A DNA stretch of 64,000 nucleotides from Candidatus Zixiibacteriota bacterium (GCA_050117845.1 JASFLY010000006.1:32001-96000); one strand, 5' to 3'. Shown: positions 19,901 to 28,943, counted from the first letter of the stretch. Made by a program: numbers and translations. The notes: generated from the sequence alone by a model not told the origin.

Positions 19901-20509
19901 TTAAAACGAGAACGAAAGGCCGTATAGCGGGAGGGGCCGGCCGTCGGAGGCGACGGCGACGTCGACGTACGGCTCGAGGATAAGGCCGCGGTTCGCCTCG
20001 CCCGGCGCCGGGGCCTTCGTGGCTCTATGGTAAACGTACGTTACGAGGAAAGGTTTCGTTGCTACGTCGGCGATGAACAACCCGAGGTATAAATCGCCTT
20101 TGGACGTATCGCGGACGTTGCGGTGCGTTTTGTCGTACAGCAATCCGATCCCGCCGAGTAGCGCCGTTTCGCCGTAAGCGGCCAACGTCGCGTACCCGGT
20201 GGCTTCCAATCGGTTCGGCGCGCCGTCGCCGGCGGCCCGAGACCCCGCGTCGCACCCCAGGGCGGCGGCGAAGGGGTACGCGCCGAAGACGACGCCCGTA
20301 GCGTAAAGTCCTACCTCGACCTCGGCGGCCCAGCTTAACCCCGCAATCGCCCCGGCCAACAAGAAATCCACGGCCATGAACGCGTATGCGTCTCCTACGC
20401 CCGCGGCGAAGGTCTTTGGGGAAACGCCGAGCGCCGCGGACGGAAAGGTCGCGCCAAAGGAGACGGTTAATATCGCGGCAATCGTGACCGCTTTAAACGG
20501 CCTTGTCAT
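19901..20509 (-). CDS. Secreted Gly/Ala-rich protein ending in Phe (family A, copy 3)
   Basis: AYPFAAALG, D..TKPFL..Y.Y, LEPYV..A...DGRPLPLYGLSFSF. Confidence 0.78.
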   Translation of the reverse strand: MTRPFKAVTIAAILTVSFGATFPSAALGVSPKTFAAGVGDAYAFMAVDFLLAGAIAGLSWAAEVEVGLYATGVVFGAYPFAAALGCDAGSRAAGDGAPNRLEATGYATLAAYGETALLGGIGLLYDKTHRNVRDTSKGDLYLGLFIADVATKPFLVTYVYHRATKAPAPGEANRGLILEPYVDVAVASDGRPLPLYGLSFSF

Positions 20510-20535
20510 ACCCTCCGCGCTTCGCTTATGTCATT

Positions 20536-21111
20536 TTAAAACGAAAATGTAAGGCCGTAGAGCGGGACGGGCCGGCCTCCTTCTCCGACGGCCGTCGCTA
20601 CGTACGGCTCCAGCGTCGGCCCGCGGCTCGTTCCAACGGCGGCCGGGGCGGGCTCCTTTACAATATTATATATCCACGCCGTTAAAAACGGTTTGGTAAC
20701 GGCGTCCACGGCCAGGCCGTAATTCCCGTAGCCTATAGCTATGCTCCCGGCCCAGAATATGCCCGACGCGCCGTAGGCGGCGACCGTCGGGATACCCCAG
20801 GACGCCAGCTTGTTGGCCGAAGGGCCGTCTACGGCCTCACCCATGGCGTAAACGCCCAAAGCTGTAAGCGCAGGGTAAGCGGCGATGATAACGCCGCCCA
20901 TGACCATGGGGCCGTTGGCCGGGTCGTCGTAATCGGTATTAAGATCCCCCAGAACGTAAATCCCTAAACCTCCGCCCAAGGCGGCGTAACCGCAAAGGGC
21001 TCCTATCCCCGCCTCGGCGAAGTAATCTCCCACCGAAACGGCGAAAGCCGCCGGCGCAGCCGTTAAGGCGCACGCGGCGACGATTACGAGAGTAGCGCAA
21101 AATCGGCTCAT
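20536..21111 (-). CDS. Secreted Gly/Ala-rich protein ending in Phe (family A, copy 4)
   Basis: GGAGGAGG RBS; AYPALTALGVYAMGE, TKPFLTAWIYNIVKEP, LEPYV..A..GGRPVPLYGLTFSF. Confidence 0.8.
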   Translation of the reverse strand: MSRFCATLVIVAACALTAAPAAFAVSVGDYFAEAGIGALCGYAALGGGLGIYVLGDLNTDYDDPANGPMVMGGVIIAAYPALTALGVYAMGEAVDGPSANKLASWGIPTVAAYGASGIFWAGSIAIGYGNYGLAVDAVTKPFLTAWIYNIVKEPAPAAVGTSRGPTLEPYVATAVGEGGRPVPLYGLTFSF

Positions 21112-21211
21112 CTTCTCCTCCTCCTGGAATTCGAGCATACCCCTGCCAATACCGGAAATAATAAACCGGTGGAGTTTGTTTAACGGTAGCTCACTCCACC
21201 GGTGCCGCGCT

Positions 21212-21240
21212 AGGCTAACATAGTGAGGGCCCGCCGTCAA
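21212..21240 (-). promoter_or_regulatory. Sigma70-like promoter for 20536-21111
   Basis: TTGACG-N17-TAGCCT on the minus strand. Confidence 0.55.
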
Positions 21241-21254
21241 GTCCCGGGCAAAGG

Positions 21255-21280
21255 AAAAGCCGCCCGGAGGGCGGCTTTTT
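21255..21280 (-). terminator. Intrinsic terminator
   Basis: AAAAGCCGCCC-GGA-GGGCGGCTTTT; near-identical hairpin at 22005-22030. Confidence 0.8.
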
Positions 21281-21295
21281 AGTCTTCATTTCTTG

Positions 21296-21919
21296 CTAGT
21301 GGTAGAGGGCTTTGACGCGGCCCATAGACGTCGGTTCGACGCTATCGTCGGTGGACCGGACGACGGCCCGGAGCATCCAGACTCCCATGCCGGTCGTGTC
21401 CCATCCGGAGTTCCAGTAATTCAGCCACGTGTGCTGTTCGGCGAAACCCCGGCCGTACCCTAAGCCGAAGTTATCGCATAACGGGTCGTCGTGGTGCTGT
21501 TCGAGCGCCACTACGAATTTCTCGCTAGGCAGGTCGAATTTCACCGGAAACTCGCACCACGTCGCCACGTACCGGTTTACCGTCCCGTAGCCGATAACCG
21601 ATTTCGGCGTTCCGTTCTCGGGCCAGATTATTTTACCGGGTTTACCGCCGGCCATGTCGAAAACGGCGAGGCGCATGCCGTCCCAGCGTTCATTCGAACC
21701 AATACCCAGGTTCGCGCGGACCTTCGTAAGCCGCCAACTCGACCCTTCAAGGGTGGAAGTGTCATAATCGATTCCGGCCCACGTATTCTCGCCTTTGCCG
21801 AAATGGCAGGTTCCGGAGAATACGCCGTTGTCCCAGCGGAGTACGTACTGGGCGCCGAACGACGAGGTTATTAGAACGAGGGATAAGGCGACGACGCCTA
21901 TTATGGAAAGTTTATTCAT
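21296..21919 (-). CDS. Secreted protein, SxGRVKALY C-terminal family (B1)
   Basis: Signal peptide; LRWDNG, WDG.R, FV.A.EQ, CD; ends PTSMGRVKALYH. Confidence 0.85.
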   Translation of the reverse strand: MNKLSIIGVVALSLVLITSSFGAQYVLRWDNGVFSGTCHFGKGENTWAGIDYDTSTLEGSSWRLTKVRANLGIGSNERWDGMRLAVFDMAGGKPGKIIWPENGTPKSVIGYGTVNRYVATWCEFPVKFDLPSEKFVVALEQHHDDPLCDNFGLGYGRGFAEQHTWLNYWNSGWDTTGMGVWMLRAVVRSTDDSVEPTSMGRVKALYH

Positions 21920-21971
21920 ACCCAATTCCTCCTCTGTTGAGGGGCACGTTATTTATGCCCCATTAATCATA

Positions 21972-22000
21972 ATTATACCGCGCCGAAGCCCCGTCGTCAA
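21972..22000 (-). promoter_or_regulatory. Sigma70-like promoter
   Basis: TTGACG-N17-TATAAT. Confidence 0.75.
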
Positions 22001-22004
22001 TTTT

Positions 22005-22063
22005 AAAAGCCGCCCGGCGGGCGGCTTTTTGACAACGTAAAAAGGGAGCCTTGCGGCTCCCTT
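22005..22063 (-). terminator. Two tandem intrinsic terminators
   Basis: AAAAGCCGCCC..GGGCGGCTTTT and AAGGGAGCC-TTGC-GGCTCCCTT, with A runs on + (T runs on -). Confidence 0.75.
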
Positions 22064-22089
22064 CGTTCGCGTATTAAATCCCTTGCCGA

Positions 22090-22794
22090 TTAGTAATAGA
22101 GCGCTTTGACCCGCCCTACGCTGGACGGCGTGATGCCCGGGAAGGTCTGGCCGTCTTCGATCCAAACGCGCAACATAAGGTTCTGGTAGGGATCGCCCGA
22201 CGTGGATAGTGGCGACCACGTTCCACCGTAGTATTTCCACGAGTGCCCTAAGGAACTATCGTTAGTGTCGACCGAGAACGGGTCGCAGTTGGGGTAGTTG
22301 TAATACTGGTGGAAGCCGGCGACGAATTTAACGACCGGGCAAACCCAGTCGATGTCGCACTCGACCCAAACGTGGCCGCTGGCGCCGCTGGGGATGAACA
22401 GGTAGCCGCTGCCGCCGCTGGTGGGCCAGAGCATTGATCCCGGCACGCCGCCGGAGTAACCGTAAAAGCCGATGCCGAAGCCGTCCCACGTCTGATTGGG
22501 CCAGGTGTCGCGGGTGTAGAATTTGAACTTCAAGATCTTCGCGTATTCGGTTTTTAGGGTCGAGACGTCGAAGTCGTTCCCGGCCCAGGAGCCCGCGCCG
22601 GTATACCACGCGATGCTCCACCGTCGCGTACCATTGTCCCAACCCAACTCGAGGGTGGACTGGTCGTACGTCGGCGTCATGTAACCGGGGGAAGGGGAGG
22701 TGTTGTAGCCGCTGCCGTCAACGACGACGTCGGCTGCCCAGGCCGAGGCGCAGATGAGGAGTACGCTTAAAGTACATAATATACTTTTACCCAT
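22090..22794 (-). CDS. Secreted protein, SxGRVKALY family (B2)
   Basis: AGGAGG RBS; signal peptide ending ASAWA; ends ITPSSVGRVKALYY. Confidence 0.88.
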   Translation of the reverse strand: MGKSILCTLSVLLICASAWAADVVVDGSGYNTSPSPGYMTPTYDQSTLELGWDNGTRRWSIAWYTGAGSWAGNDFDVSTLKTEYAKILKFKFYTRDTWPNQTWDGFGIGFYGYSGGVPGSMLWPTSGGSGYLFIPSGASGHVWVECDIDWVCPVVKFVAGFHQYYNYPNCDPFSVDTNDSSLGHSWKYYGGTWSPLSTSGDPYQNLMLRVWIEDGQTFPGITPSSVGRVKALYY

Positions 22795-22828
22795 ACACTT
22801 CCTCCTTTCGGTTTGGCTTACCGGTTGG

Positions 22829-22857
22829 ATTATAACCGTCCAAAGCCCCCGCGTCAA
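22829..22857 (-). promoter_or_regulatory. Sigma70-like promoter
   Basis: TTGACG-N17-TATAAT. Confidence 0.75.
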
Positions 22858-22869
22858 GGTCGTATTAAT

Positions 22870-22896
22870 AAAAAAAGGGAGCCTTTCGGCTCCCTT
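22870..22896 (-). terminator. Intrinsic terminator
   Basis: AAGGGAGCC-TTTC-GGCTCCCTT with T run on the minus strand. Confidence 0.78.
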
Positions 22897-22922
22897 CGTT
22901 TGCGTATTAAATTCCCTGCCGA

Positions 22923-23630
22923 TTAGTAATAGAGCGCTTTGACGCGGCCTATGCTGGACGGCGTAATACCCGGGAAGGTCTGGCCGTCTTCGATCCAAAC
23001 GCGTATCATCAGGTTGCGGTACGTCGGGTCACTCGTGCGTTCGTACGGTGCCCACGTGCCGCCGTAGTATTTCCAGGAGTGCTCCATGAACGTCGTGTTA
23101 GTATCCAGAGCGAAGGGGTCACAGTTGGGGTAGTTATAGTACTGGTGCTCGGCCGCGACGAACTTGACGGAGGGGCAAACCCAGTCGATGTCGCACTCGA
23201 CCCAGACGTGGCCGCTGGCGCCGCTGGGGACGAAGATGTAGCCGCTGCCGCCGCTGGTGGGCCAGAGCATCGAGCCCGGCACGCCGCCGCTGAAACCGTA
23301 GAAGCCGATGCCGAACCCGTCCCACGTCTGGTTGGGCCAGTTGTCCCGGGTGTAGATCTTGAACTTGAGGATCTTGGCGTACTCGGTTTTAAGGGTCGAG
23401 ATGTCGAAGTCGTTGCCGACCCAGGAACCCGCGCCGGTGTACCACGCGATACTCCACCGCCGCGAACCGTTGTCCCAACCCATCTCGAGGGTGGACTGGT
23501 CGTACGTCGGCGCCATGTAACCCGGCGAGGGGGAGGCGCTGTAGCCGCTGTCGTCAACGGCGACGTCGGCCGCCCAGGCCGAGGCGCAGATGAGGAGCGC
23601 GCTTAAAAAACACAGTGTACTTTTATTCAT
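22923..23630 (-). CDS. Secreted protein, SxGRVKALY family (B3)
   Basis: AGGAGG RBS; near-identical to B2; ends PSSIGRVKALYY. Confidence 0.9.
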   Translation of the reverse strand: MNKSTLCFLSALLICASAWAADVAVDDSGYSASPSPGYMAPTYDQSTLEMGWDNGSRRWSIAWYTGAGSWVGNDFDISTLKTEYAKILKFKIYTRDNWPNQTWDGFGIGFYGFSGGVPGSMLWPTSGGSGYIFVPSGASGHVWVECDIDWVCPSVKFVAAEHQYYNYPNCDPFALDTNTTFMEHSWKYYGGTWAPYERTSDPTYRNLMIRVWIEDGQTFPGITPSSIGRVKALYY

Positions 23631-23664
23631 TTATTTCCTCCTTATGACAGATATTTAGGAGCGG

Positions 23665-23693
23665 ATTATAACCGCAAAAGACCCCGGCGTCAA
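23665..23693 (-). promoter_or_regulatory. Sigma70-like promoter
   Basis: TTGACG-N17-TATAAT. Confidence 0.75.
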
Positions 23694-23708
23694 GGTCGAA
23701 ATTATAGG

Positions 23709-23733
23709 AAAAGGGAGCCGTTACGGCTCCCTT
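23709..23733 (-). terminator. Intrinsic terminator
   Basis: AAGGGAGCCG-TTA-CGGCTCCCTT. Confidence 0.75.
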
Positions 23734-23760
23734 CGTTCGCGCAGTAAATCTTCTCGCTTA

Positions 23761-24474
23761 TTAGTAATATAGCGCTTTGACCCGGCCTATGCTGGAGGGC
23801 GCGATGCCCGGAAAAGTCTGGCCGTCTTCCACCCATACCCGGACCATCAGGTTGAAGTACGGGTCGATTTCGGTGCTGGCGCTGGAAAGCGGGCTCCACG
23901 AACCGCCGTAATACTGCCACGAGTGGTTGAGGAACGTCTCGTTGGTGTCGACGCCCCACGGGTCGCAGTTCGGCCAATTGTAGTACTGGTGCTGGGCCGC
24001 CACGAACTTCACGGACGGACAAACCCAGTCCACGTCGCACTCGACCCAAACGTGGCCGCTGGCGCCGCTGGGGACGAAGATGTAACCGCTACCGCCGCTG
24101 GTGGGCCAGAGCATCGAGCCCGGCACGCCGCCGGAGAAGCCGTAGAAGCCGAAGCCGAAACCGTCCCATTGCGTGTTGGGCCAGTTGTCTCGGGTGTACA
24201 TCTTGAACTTCAGGATCTTGACGTATTCAGTCTTGAGGGTGGATATGTCGAAGTCGTTACCGACCCAGGACCCGGCGCCGGTATACCACGCCACGCTCCA
24301 CCGTCGCGAACCGTTGTCCCAACCCAACTCGAGGGTGGACTGGTCGTACGTCGGAGCCATGTAACCCGGCGAGGGGGAGGCGCAGTAGCCGCTGTCGTCA
24401 ACGGCGACGTCGGCCGCCCAGGCCGAGGCGCATATCGTAAGCGCGCTGATGACGATTAGAATCCGTTTTATCAC
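23761..24474 (-). CDS. Secreted protein, SxGRVKALY family (B4)
   Basis: AGGAGG RBS with GTG start; ends APSSIGRVKALYY. Confidence 0.88.
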   Translation of the reverse strand: MIKRILIVISALTICASAWAADVAVDDSGYCASPSPGYMAPTYDQSTLELGWDNGSRRWSVAWYTGAGSWVGNDFDISTLKTEYVKILKFKMYTRDNWPNTQWDGFGFGFYGFSGGVPGSMLWPTSGGSGYIFVPSGASGHVWVECDVDWVCPSVKFVAAQHQYYNWPNCDPWGVDTNETFLNHSWQYYGGSWSPLSSASTEIDPYFNLMVRVWVEDGQTFPGIAPSSIGRVKALYY

Positions 24475-24505
24475 GTTGCACCTCCTTTCTACAAAACCGT
24501 GGGTG

Positions 24506-24534
24506 ATTCTAGCTTGGAGAGGCCGCGAAGTCAA
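24506..24534 (-). promoter_or_regulatory. Sigma70-like promoter
   Basis: TTGACT-N17-TAGAAT. Confidence 0.7.
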
Positions 24535-24549
24535 GATTATTATAACGCG

Positions 24550-24577
24550 AAAAGGAGCCGGCAGTACGGCTCCTTTT
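24550..24577 (-). terminator. Intrinsic terminator
   Basis: AAAAGGAGCCG-GCAGTA-CGGCTCCTTTT. Confidence 0.75.
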
Positions 24578-24594
24578 ATCGGGTTTAACGGCAT

Positions 24595-25299
24595 TTAATA
24601 GTAGAGCGCTTTAACGCGGCCTATGCTGGAGGGCGCTATGCCGGGAAAAGTCTGGCCGGTCTCGATGAGAACGCGGATCATGACGTTTCGGTAGGGCGTG
24701 AGATTCGAGTACTCCTGGTGCAGGCTCCATGCGCCGGACCGGTATTCCCAGGAGTGTTCCAGGAAAGTAGGATTGGTATCCAACGTGTAGGGGTCGCAGT
24801 TGGGTTCGTTGTAATACTGGTGCTCGGCCGCGACGAACTTGACCGAGGGGCAAACCCAGTCGACGTCGCATTCGACCCAAACGTGGCCGGTGACCCCGCT
24901 GGGGACGAACAGGTAACCGCTGCCGCCGCTCGTGGGCCAGAGCATGGAACCGGGGACGCCGCCGCTAAAGCTGTAGAAGCCGATGCCGAAACCGTCCCAG
25001 GACGTGTTGGGCCAGGTGTCGCGGGTGTAAAATTTAAATTTCAGGATTTTGGCGTATTCGGTTTTAAGGGTAGATACGTCGAAATCGTTTCCGACCCAGG
25101 CTCCCGCGCCGGTATCCCAGTGGACGCTCCAACGCCGGCTGCCGTTGTCCCAGGCCAGCTCGAGAGTGGATTGGTCGTACGTCGGCGCCATGTAACCCGG
25201 CCCCGGGGTAGCGTCGTAATCGTTACCGTCCACCGCCATATCAGAAGCGTGGACGAGCGCGGCGGCAAACAATACTACGGCTAAAATCGCATTCTTCAT
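24595..25299 (-). CDS. Secreted protein, SxGRVKALY family (B5)
   Basis: AAGGAGG RBS; signal peptide; ends APSSIGRVKALYY. Confidence 0.88.
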   Translation of the reverse strand: MKNAILAVVLFAAALVHASDMAVDGNDYDATPGPGYMAPTYDQSTLELAWDNGSRRWSVHWDTGAGAWVGNDFDVSTLKTEYAKILKFKFYTRDTWPNTSWDGFGIGFYSFSGGVPGSMLWPTSGGSGYLFVPSGVTGHVWVECDVDWVCPSVKFVAAEHQYYNEPNCDPYTLDTNPTFLEHSWEYRSGAWSLHQEYSNLTPYRNVMIRVLIETGQTFPGIAPSSIGRVKALYY

Positions 25300-25389
25300 A
25301 AGCGCCACCTCCTTTTCCTCCGTTGACGTTGCTTTAACTATAAGCGCTGCGGCCTTAATTCCCCGGGGTGACCCGGCACGGCCGCCCCG

Positions 25390-26100
25390 TTAATGGTACA
25401 GGGCCTTCACCCGGCCGAAGCTTGTGGGCGCGACCGCCGGATACTCCGCGAAACCGGTGACGCACATTCGAAGCATGAGGTTGCAATAGGGGTCCGCCTT
25501 CGTGTGCAGCCTTTTCCATTCGCCGGCGTACCACGACCAGGAGCGCTCCTGGTCCTTCAGGTTCGAATCGACGGCGAAGGGGTCGCAGTCGGGAGGATTG
25601 TATACCTGCTCCATCGCTGCTACGAGGTCCGTTTCGGTCGTGGCCCAGGCCACGGGGACGTCGATCCAGACGTGGCCCTTCGCCCCGGTCGGCGTAAAGA
25701 AGAACCCGGTCCCGGACGTCGGCCACAACATCGCCCCGGGGATTTCGTACTCTCGTATATATTCGAATATCCCGATGCGGAAACCGTCCCATTCGTCGTT
25801 GGGCGCTGACGTGGAGGAGAACACTTTGAGCTTGGTTATACGGTAATACGGGTTTATGCCCGCAATGTCCACCTCGAATTCGTTCCCGACCCAGGAATTC
25901 CTTCCGGTGTACCACCACACGAGATATTTCCATTCGCCGTTATCCGGGTAAAGTTCCCGGGAGCCGTCGGTGGGTGGTCCGCCGCAACCGAACCCGTTCC
26001 CCATTGTGGAGCGGGGCAGGACCTCCGTGTCGGCGGCCAGGGCCGGCCCCACGGCGAGCCCGATTATAAGAAGCCATCTAATTTTAATCGGTCCCTTCAT
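25390..26100 (-). CDS. Secreted protein, SxGRVKALY family (B6)
   Basis: Signal peptide; WYTG..SWVGNEF, WDGF, MLWPTSG, CDPFAVD; ends PTSFGRVKALYH. Confidence 0.85.
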   Translation of the reverse strand: MKGPIKIRWLLIIGLAVGPALAADTEVLPRSTMGNGFGCGGPPTDGSRELYPDNGEWKYLVWWYTGRNSWVGNEFEVDIAGINPYYRITKLKVFSSTSAPNDEWDGFRIGIFEYIREYEIPGAMLWPTSGTGFFFTPTGAKGHVWIDVPVAWATTETDLVAAMEQVYNPPDCDPFAVDSNLKDQERSWSWYAGEWKRLHTKADPYCNLMLRMCVTGFAEYPAVAPTSFGRVKALYH

Positions 26101-26482
26101 CACCAACTCCCGCGCCCGCCGGCACGCAGTACCATATCCCGTCGATCCGGCGGACGATGAGGCGCCGTTTAACGGCGGGCGCGCCGGGGGCCAACCGCCG
26201 GGGGTAAGCCACGGTGAACTCGATTTCGTCCGGGCCGGCCTTCTCGCGGTCCCGAATCTCGGCCCGACCGTAATCGAGGCCGTCGCGTTCGTACTCACGG
26301 GCCAGGACTTCGGCGGCGTTCCCCGCGGGGACGTAGACGACGCGGGCCGCGCCGTCGAAGTCCATCGCGGCCATGTGGCCGTGATAGACCTCCACCGTTT
26401 CCTCGGGGGTGGCGGACCCGGCGCAGGCCAGCATCGTGGCCAGTACGGCCGGCCCCAGCGAACGGTTAAGCCGCGTTCTCAC
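26084..26482 (-). CDS. Hypothetical exported protein or lipoprotein
   Basis: Overlaps both neighbours in an operon; MLAC candidate lipobox; ends ..RRIDGIWY.. Confidence 0.6.
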   Translation of the reverse strand: MRTRLNRSLGPAVLATMLACAGSATPEETVEVYHGHMAAMDFDGAARVVYVPAGNAAEVLAREYERDGLDYGRAEIRDREKAGPDEIEFTVAYPRRLAPGAPAVKRRLIVRRIDGIWYCVPAGAGVGDEGTD

Positions 26483-27236
26483 GTTCGGCTTTCCTCTGTT
26501 TACGCTCGAGCGCGGCGACGAGTATTATGCCGCCGACGAACATGGCGACGCTTACGAGCTGGGCCTCTGTAAGGCCCAGGAACGCCGGGTCGTTGGTCCG
26601 GATGAATTCTATGGGGAAACGCTCGACCCCGGCTAAAATTAAATATACGCCGAAGAGCCACCACGGCGGTTTTTTCAATCGGCCCAGGCGCATCAGAACG
26701 AAGAAAATCGCCAGGAAGAGGATTATCTCGTAAACGGGCGTCGGGTGCACGCGCTCGGTCGTCGGCACGATCCCGTCGGGGTAGGCCATAGCCCACGGGA
26801 GGTCGGACGGAATGCCGTAGTCGCCGTCGCCGGAGAGCTGGCAGCCGCACCGGCCGAAGACGTACCCGAGCGCCAGCGCCGGCGCGACCGCGTCCGCGTA
26901 GGGTCCCAGCGGCTGCTTCCTTAGCTTTAGTACCAAGATGACCGCCAGCGCTCCACCTAAAACGCCGCCGTACCAGGTGAAGCCGTAGCGCGACCAGATG
27001 AAGCCCCAGGGCCCCAGGACGAACGCATCCCAGTGCTCTATGATGAAATTCGCCCGGGCGCCGACGACGCCGCCGACGAGGCCGGCGATGAGTATGTCGG
27101 ACAAGAATTTATCGGGCAGGCCCCGGCGTTTCACTTCGGCCCGGAAAACGATAAAGGCCGCGAGGAAGGCGAGCGCGGCCATTAGGCCGAAGGTCCCTAT
27201 CTCGAAGTCTCCGATTTTAATGAGCGTTGGCCACAT
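26466..27236 (-). CDS. lgt: Prolipoprotein diacylglyceryl transferase
   Basis: M.P.L, GAR, G.TWYGG, GR.GC..GD..YG, HPTPVYE, RF.IEF.R, QL.S. Confidence 0.93.
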   Translation of the reverse strand: MWPTLIKIGDFEIGTFGLMAALAFLAAFIVFRAEVKRRGLPDKFLSDILIAGLVGGVVGARANFIIEHWDAFVLGPWGFIWSRYGFTWYGGVLGGALAVILVLKLRKQPLGPYADAVAPALALGYVFGRCGCQLSGDGDYGIPSDLPWAMAYPDGIVPTTERVHPTPVYEIILFLAIFFVLMRLGRLKKPPWWLFGVYLILAGVERFPIEFIRTNDPAFLGLTEAQLVSVAMFVGGIILVAALERKQRKAERENAA

Positions 27237-27359
27237 GGCCCGCATATTAACATGGAATATATAGTATGACAAGATGCCGTGGTGCGGCCGAACGTTTTTC
27301 CCTCTTAACGTCGGGGCCTTTTTATGTCAAAATTGGTCCGGTTTGGAGTGGGTCCCGTT

Positions 27360-28943
27360 ATGTCCGTCATTTATATGAAAATACTCGAGCTCATCCCGGA
27401 GCATTACGACCGGGGGATAAAGAAATTCGCGGCGACGGATTTCGAGGCCGTACGCGACGATATCGCGGCGGCGTTCCGGGCCGGCGATCGCGTCCTAGAC
27501 GTCGGCTGCGGCCCGGGCACGTTGACTCTCCTCATGGCCAGTCAGGGCGTCCGGGCGGTGGGTTGGGACCGCAACGCCGACATGGTGACCTTCGCCCGGG
27601 GCAAGGCGGCCGAGCTCGAATTGGGGGACGGCGCGACCTTCGAGGTGCGCGACGCGCCGACGGCTCCCCTCACGGCCGGCGTCTACGACGGCGTGGTAAT
27701 GTCGCTTTCCCTTTCGGAGATGCGCGGCGCCGAACAATCCGCGACGCTCGAGGCGGCTTGGCAAATGTTGAAAGCCGGCGGCAAGTTGATAATTATCGAC
27801 GAGGTGCCGCCGCGTCGTATCCTCCCGCGCGCGTGGTACTACTTCAAACGCTTCTGGCTTAAACTCGTCGTCTATTTCGTGGCCCGGGCGGTAACGAGGC
27901 CGCTCCGCGACCTGCCGGAGGCCGTGGCCGCCCGGGGATTTACGATAACCGGCCGGAAGTACTTCGAGAGCGACGCGCTGCTCTATTTGACGGCGACGAA
28001 GGACGCCGAACGCTTTCCTCCGGCAGTCCCCGAGGTCTCGGCCAAACCGACGTTCGGCGACCGGCTGGCCGACGTCGCGGCCTACCTGTCTCTCTATATG
28101 ACCTTCCTCCGCGTCGAGCCGGGCCTGTATCGCGTCGGCGCGCCGGGCTCCGACGCCCCGCTCTTCGTCACCGCCAACTTCACGCTCACGTTCAACCTCG
28201 TGCGCCGGGCCCTCCGCGGCCTGGACGCGTACCTGCTCGTCATCGACACCCGGGGAATAAACGTCTGGTGCGCCGCCGGCGGTAACAAATTCTCGACGCG
28301 GGAGGTCGCGCTGTCGTGGCGGGCGTTCCGCGTGGCCGAGGCGCCGCACCGCCGGCCGGCGGTCCTGCCGCAGCTCGCGGCGACCGGCGTAGCCAAACAC
28401 GTCCTCGGCCGGGACTACGGCATCGCGGCGGAGTACGGGCCGGTTTACGCCCGCGATATCGGGTCCTACGTCGGCGGCGGGTACCGCAAAACGAGGGAGA
28501 TGGGCCGCGTGGATTGGGGCCTGGCCAAGCGGCTCGAGGTGACGTGGTTCTTCGCGCTTATGAACGCGGCCGCGGTCGCTCTGCCGCTCGCCTTCGTCCA
28601 TCGTTTATACTCGCCGCTGGCGGTCGCGGCCGCCGCCGGGATATCGTTCGCGATCGGCGCCCTTTTCCCATGGCTGCCGACGCGCCTTTACGCGGTGAAG
28701 GGCCTGGTCGCCGGAGCGCTGGTGGCGCTGCCTCTTTTGTGGTACAAATGGTCGGCGGGCGCCGGGGCTGAGGGGTTGGCCCGGTGGGGGATATACCTCG
28801 CGTTCGCCGCCATTCTCTTGGGTATGGAGTTCTCCGGGAACACGTCGGTATCGAGCCCGTCGCGCGTACGACAAGAGTTTAAACCGGCTCTTGTGATTTT
28901 AGCGGCGTTGGCGGTGGCCTTCGTGGTCCTGATTGTGTTATAA
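27360..28943 (+). CDS. Class I SAM-methyltransferase fused to an HgcA-like corrinoid membrane protein
   Basis: VLDVGCGPG, LSLSEM, LK.GG; then VEPGLY.VG.P, VTANF.LT, DTRGINVWCAAGG, LPQLAATGV, YGPVYA.DI, PWLP...KG, M.FSG.T..SS.S.V..E, and TM helices. Confidence 0.88.
   Translation: MSVIYMKILELIPEHYDRGIKKFAATDFEAVRDDIAAAFRAGDRVLDVGCGPGTLTLLMASQGVRAVGWDRNADMVTFARGKAAELELGDGATFEVRDAPTAPLTAGVYDGVVMSLSLSEMRGAEQSATLEAAWQMLKAGGKLIIIDEVPPRRILPRAWYYFKRFWLKLVVYFVARAVTRPLRDLPEAVAARGFTITGRKYFESDALLYLTATKDAERFPPAVPEVSAKPTFGDRLADVAAYLSLYMTFLRVEPGLYRVGAPGSDAPLFVTANFTLTFNLVRRALRGLDAYLLVIDTRGINVWCAAGGNKFSTREVALSWRAFRVAEAPHRRPAVLPQLAATGVAKHVLGRDYGIAAEYGPVYARDIGSYVGGGYRKTREMGRVDWGLAKRLEVTWFFALMNAAAVALPLAFVHRLYSPLAVAAAAGISFAIGALFPWLPTRLYAVKGLVAGALVALPLLWYKWSAGAGAEGLARWGIYLAFAAILLGMEFSGNTSVSSPSRVRQEFKPALVILAALAVAFVVLIVL

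Noticed and set aside
22090..25299. Diversity-generating retroelement explaining the variable blocks
   Set aside because: Differences include indels and are not adenine-specific; no reverse transcriptase or non-coding template repeat in the window
27360..28943. Assigning the plain symbol hgcA and asserting mercury methylation
   Set aside because: The cap helix lacks the canonical Lys and the protein has an extra domain; function cannot be asserted from sequence alone
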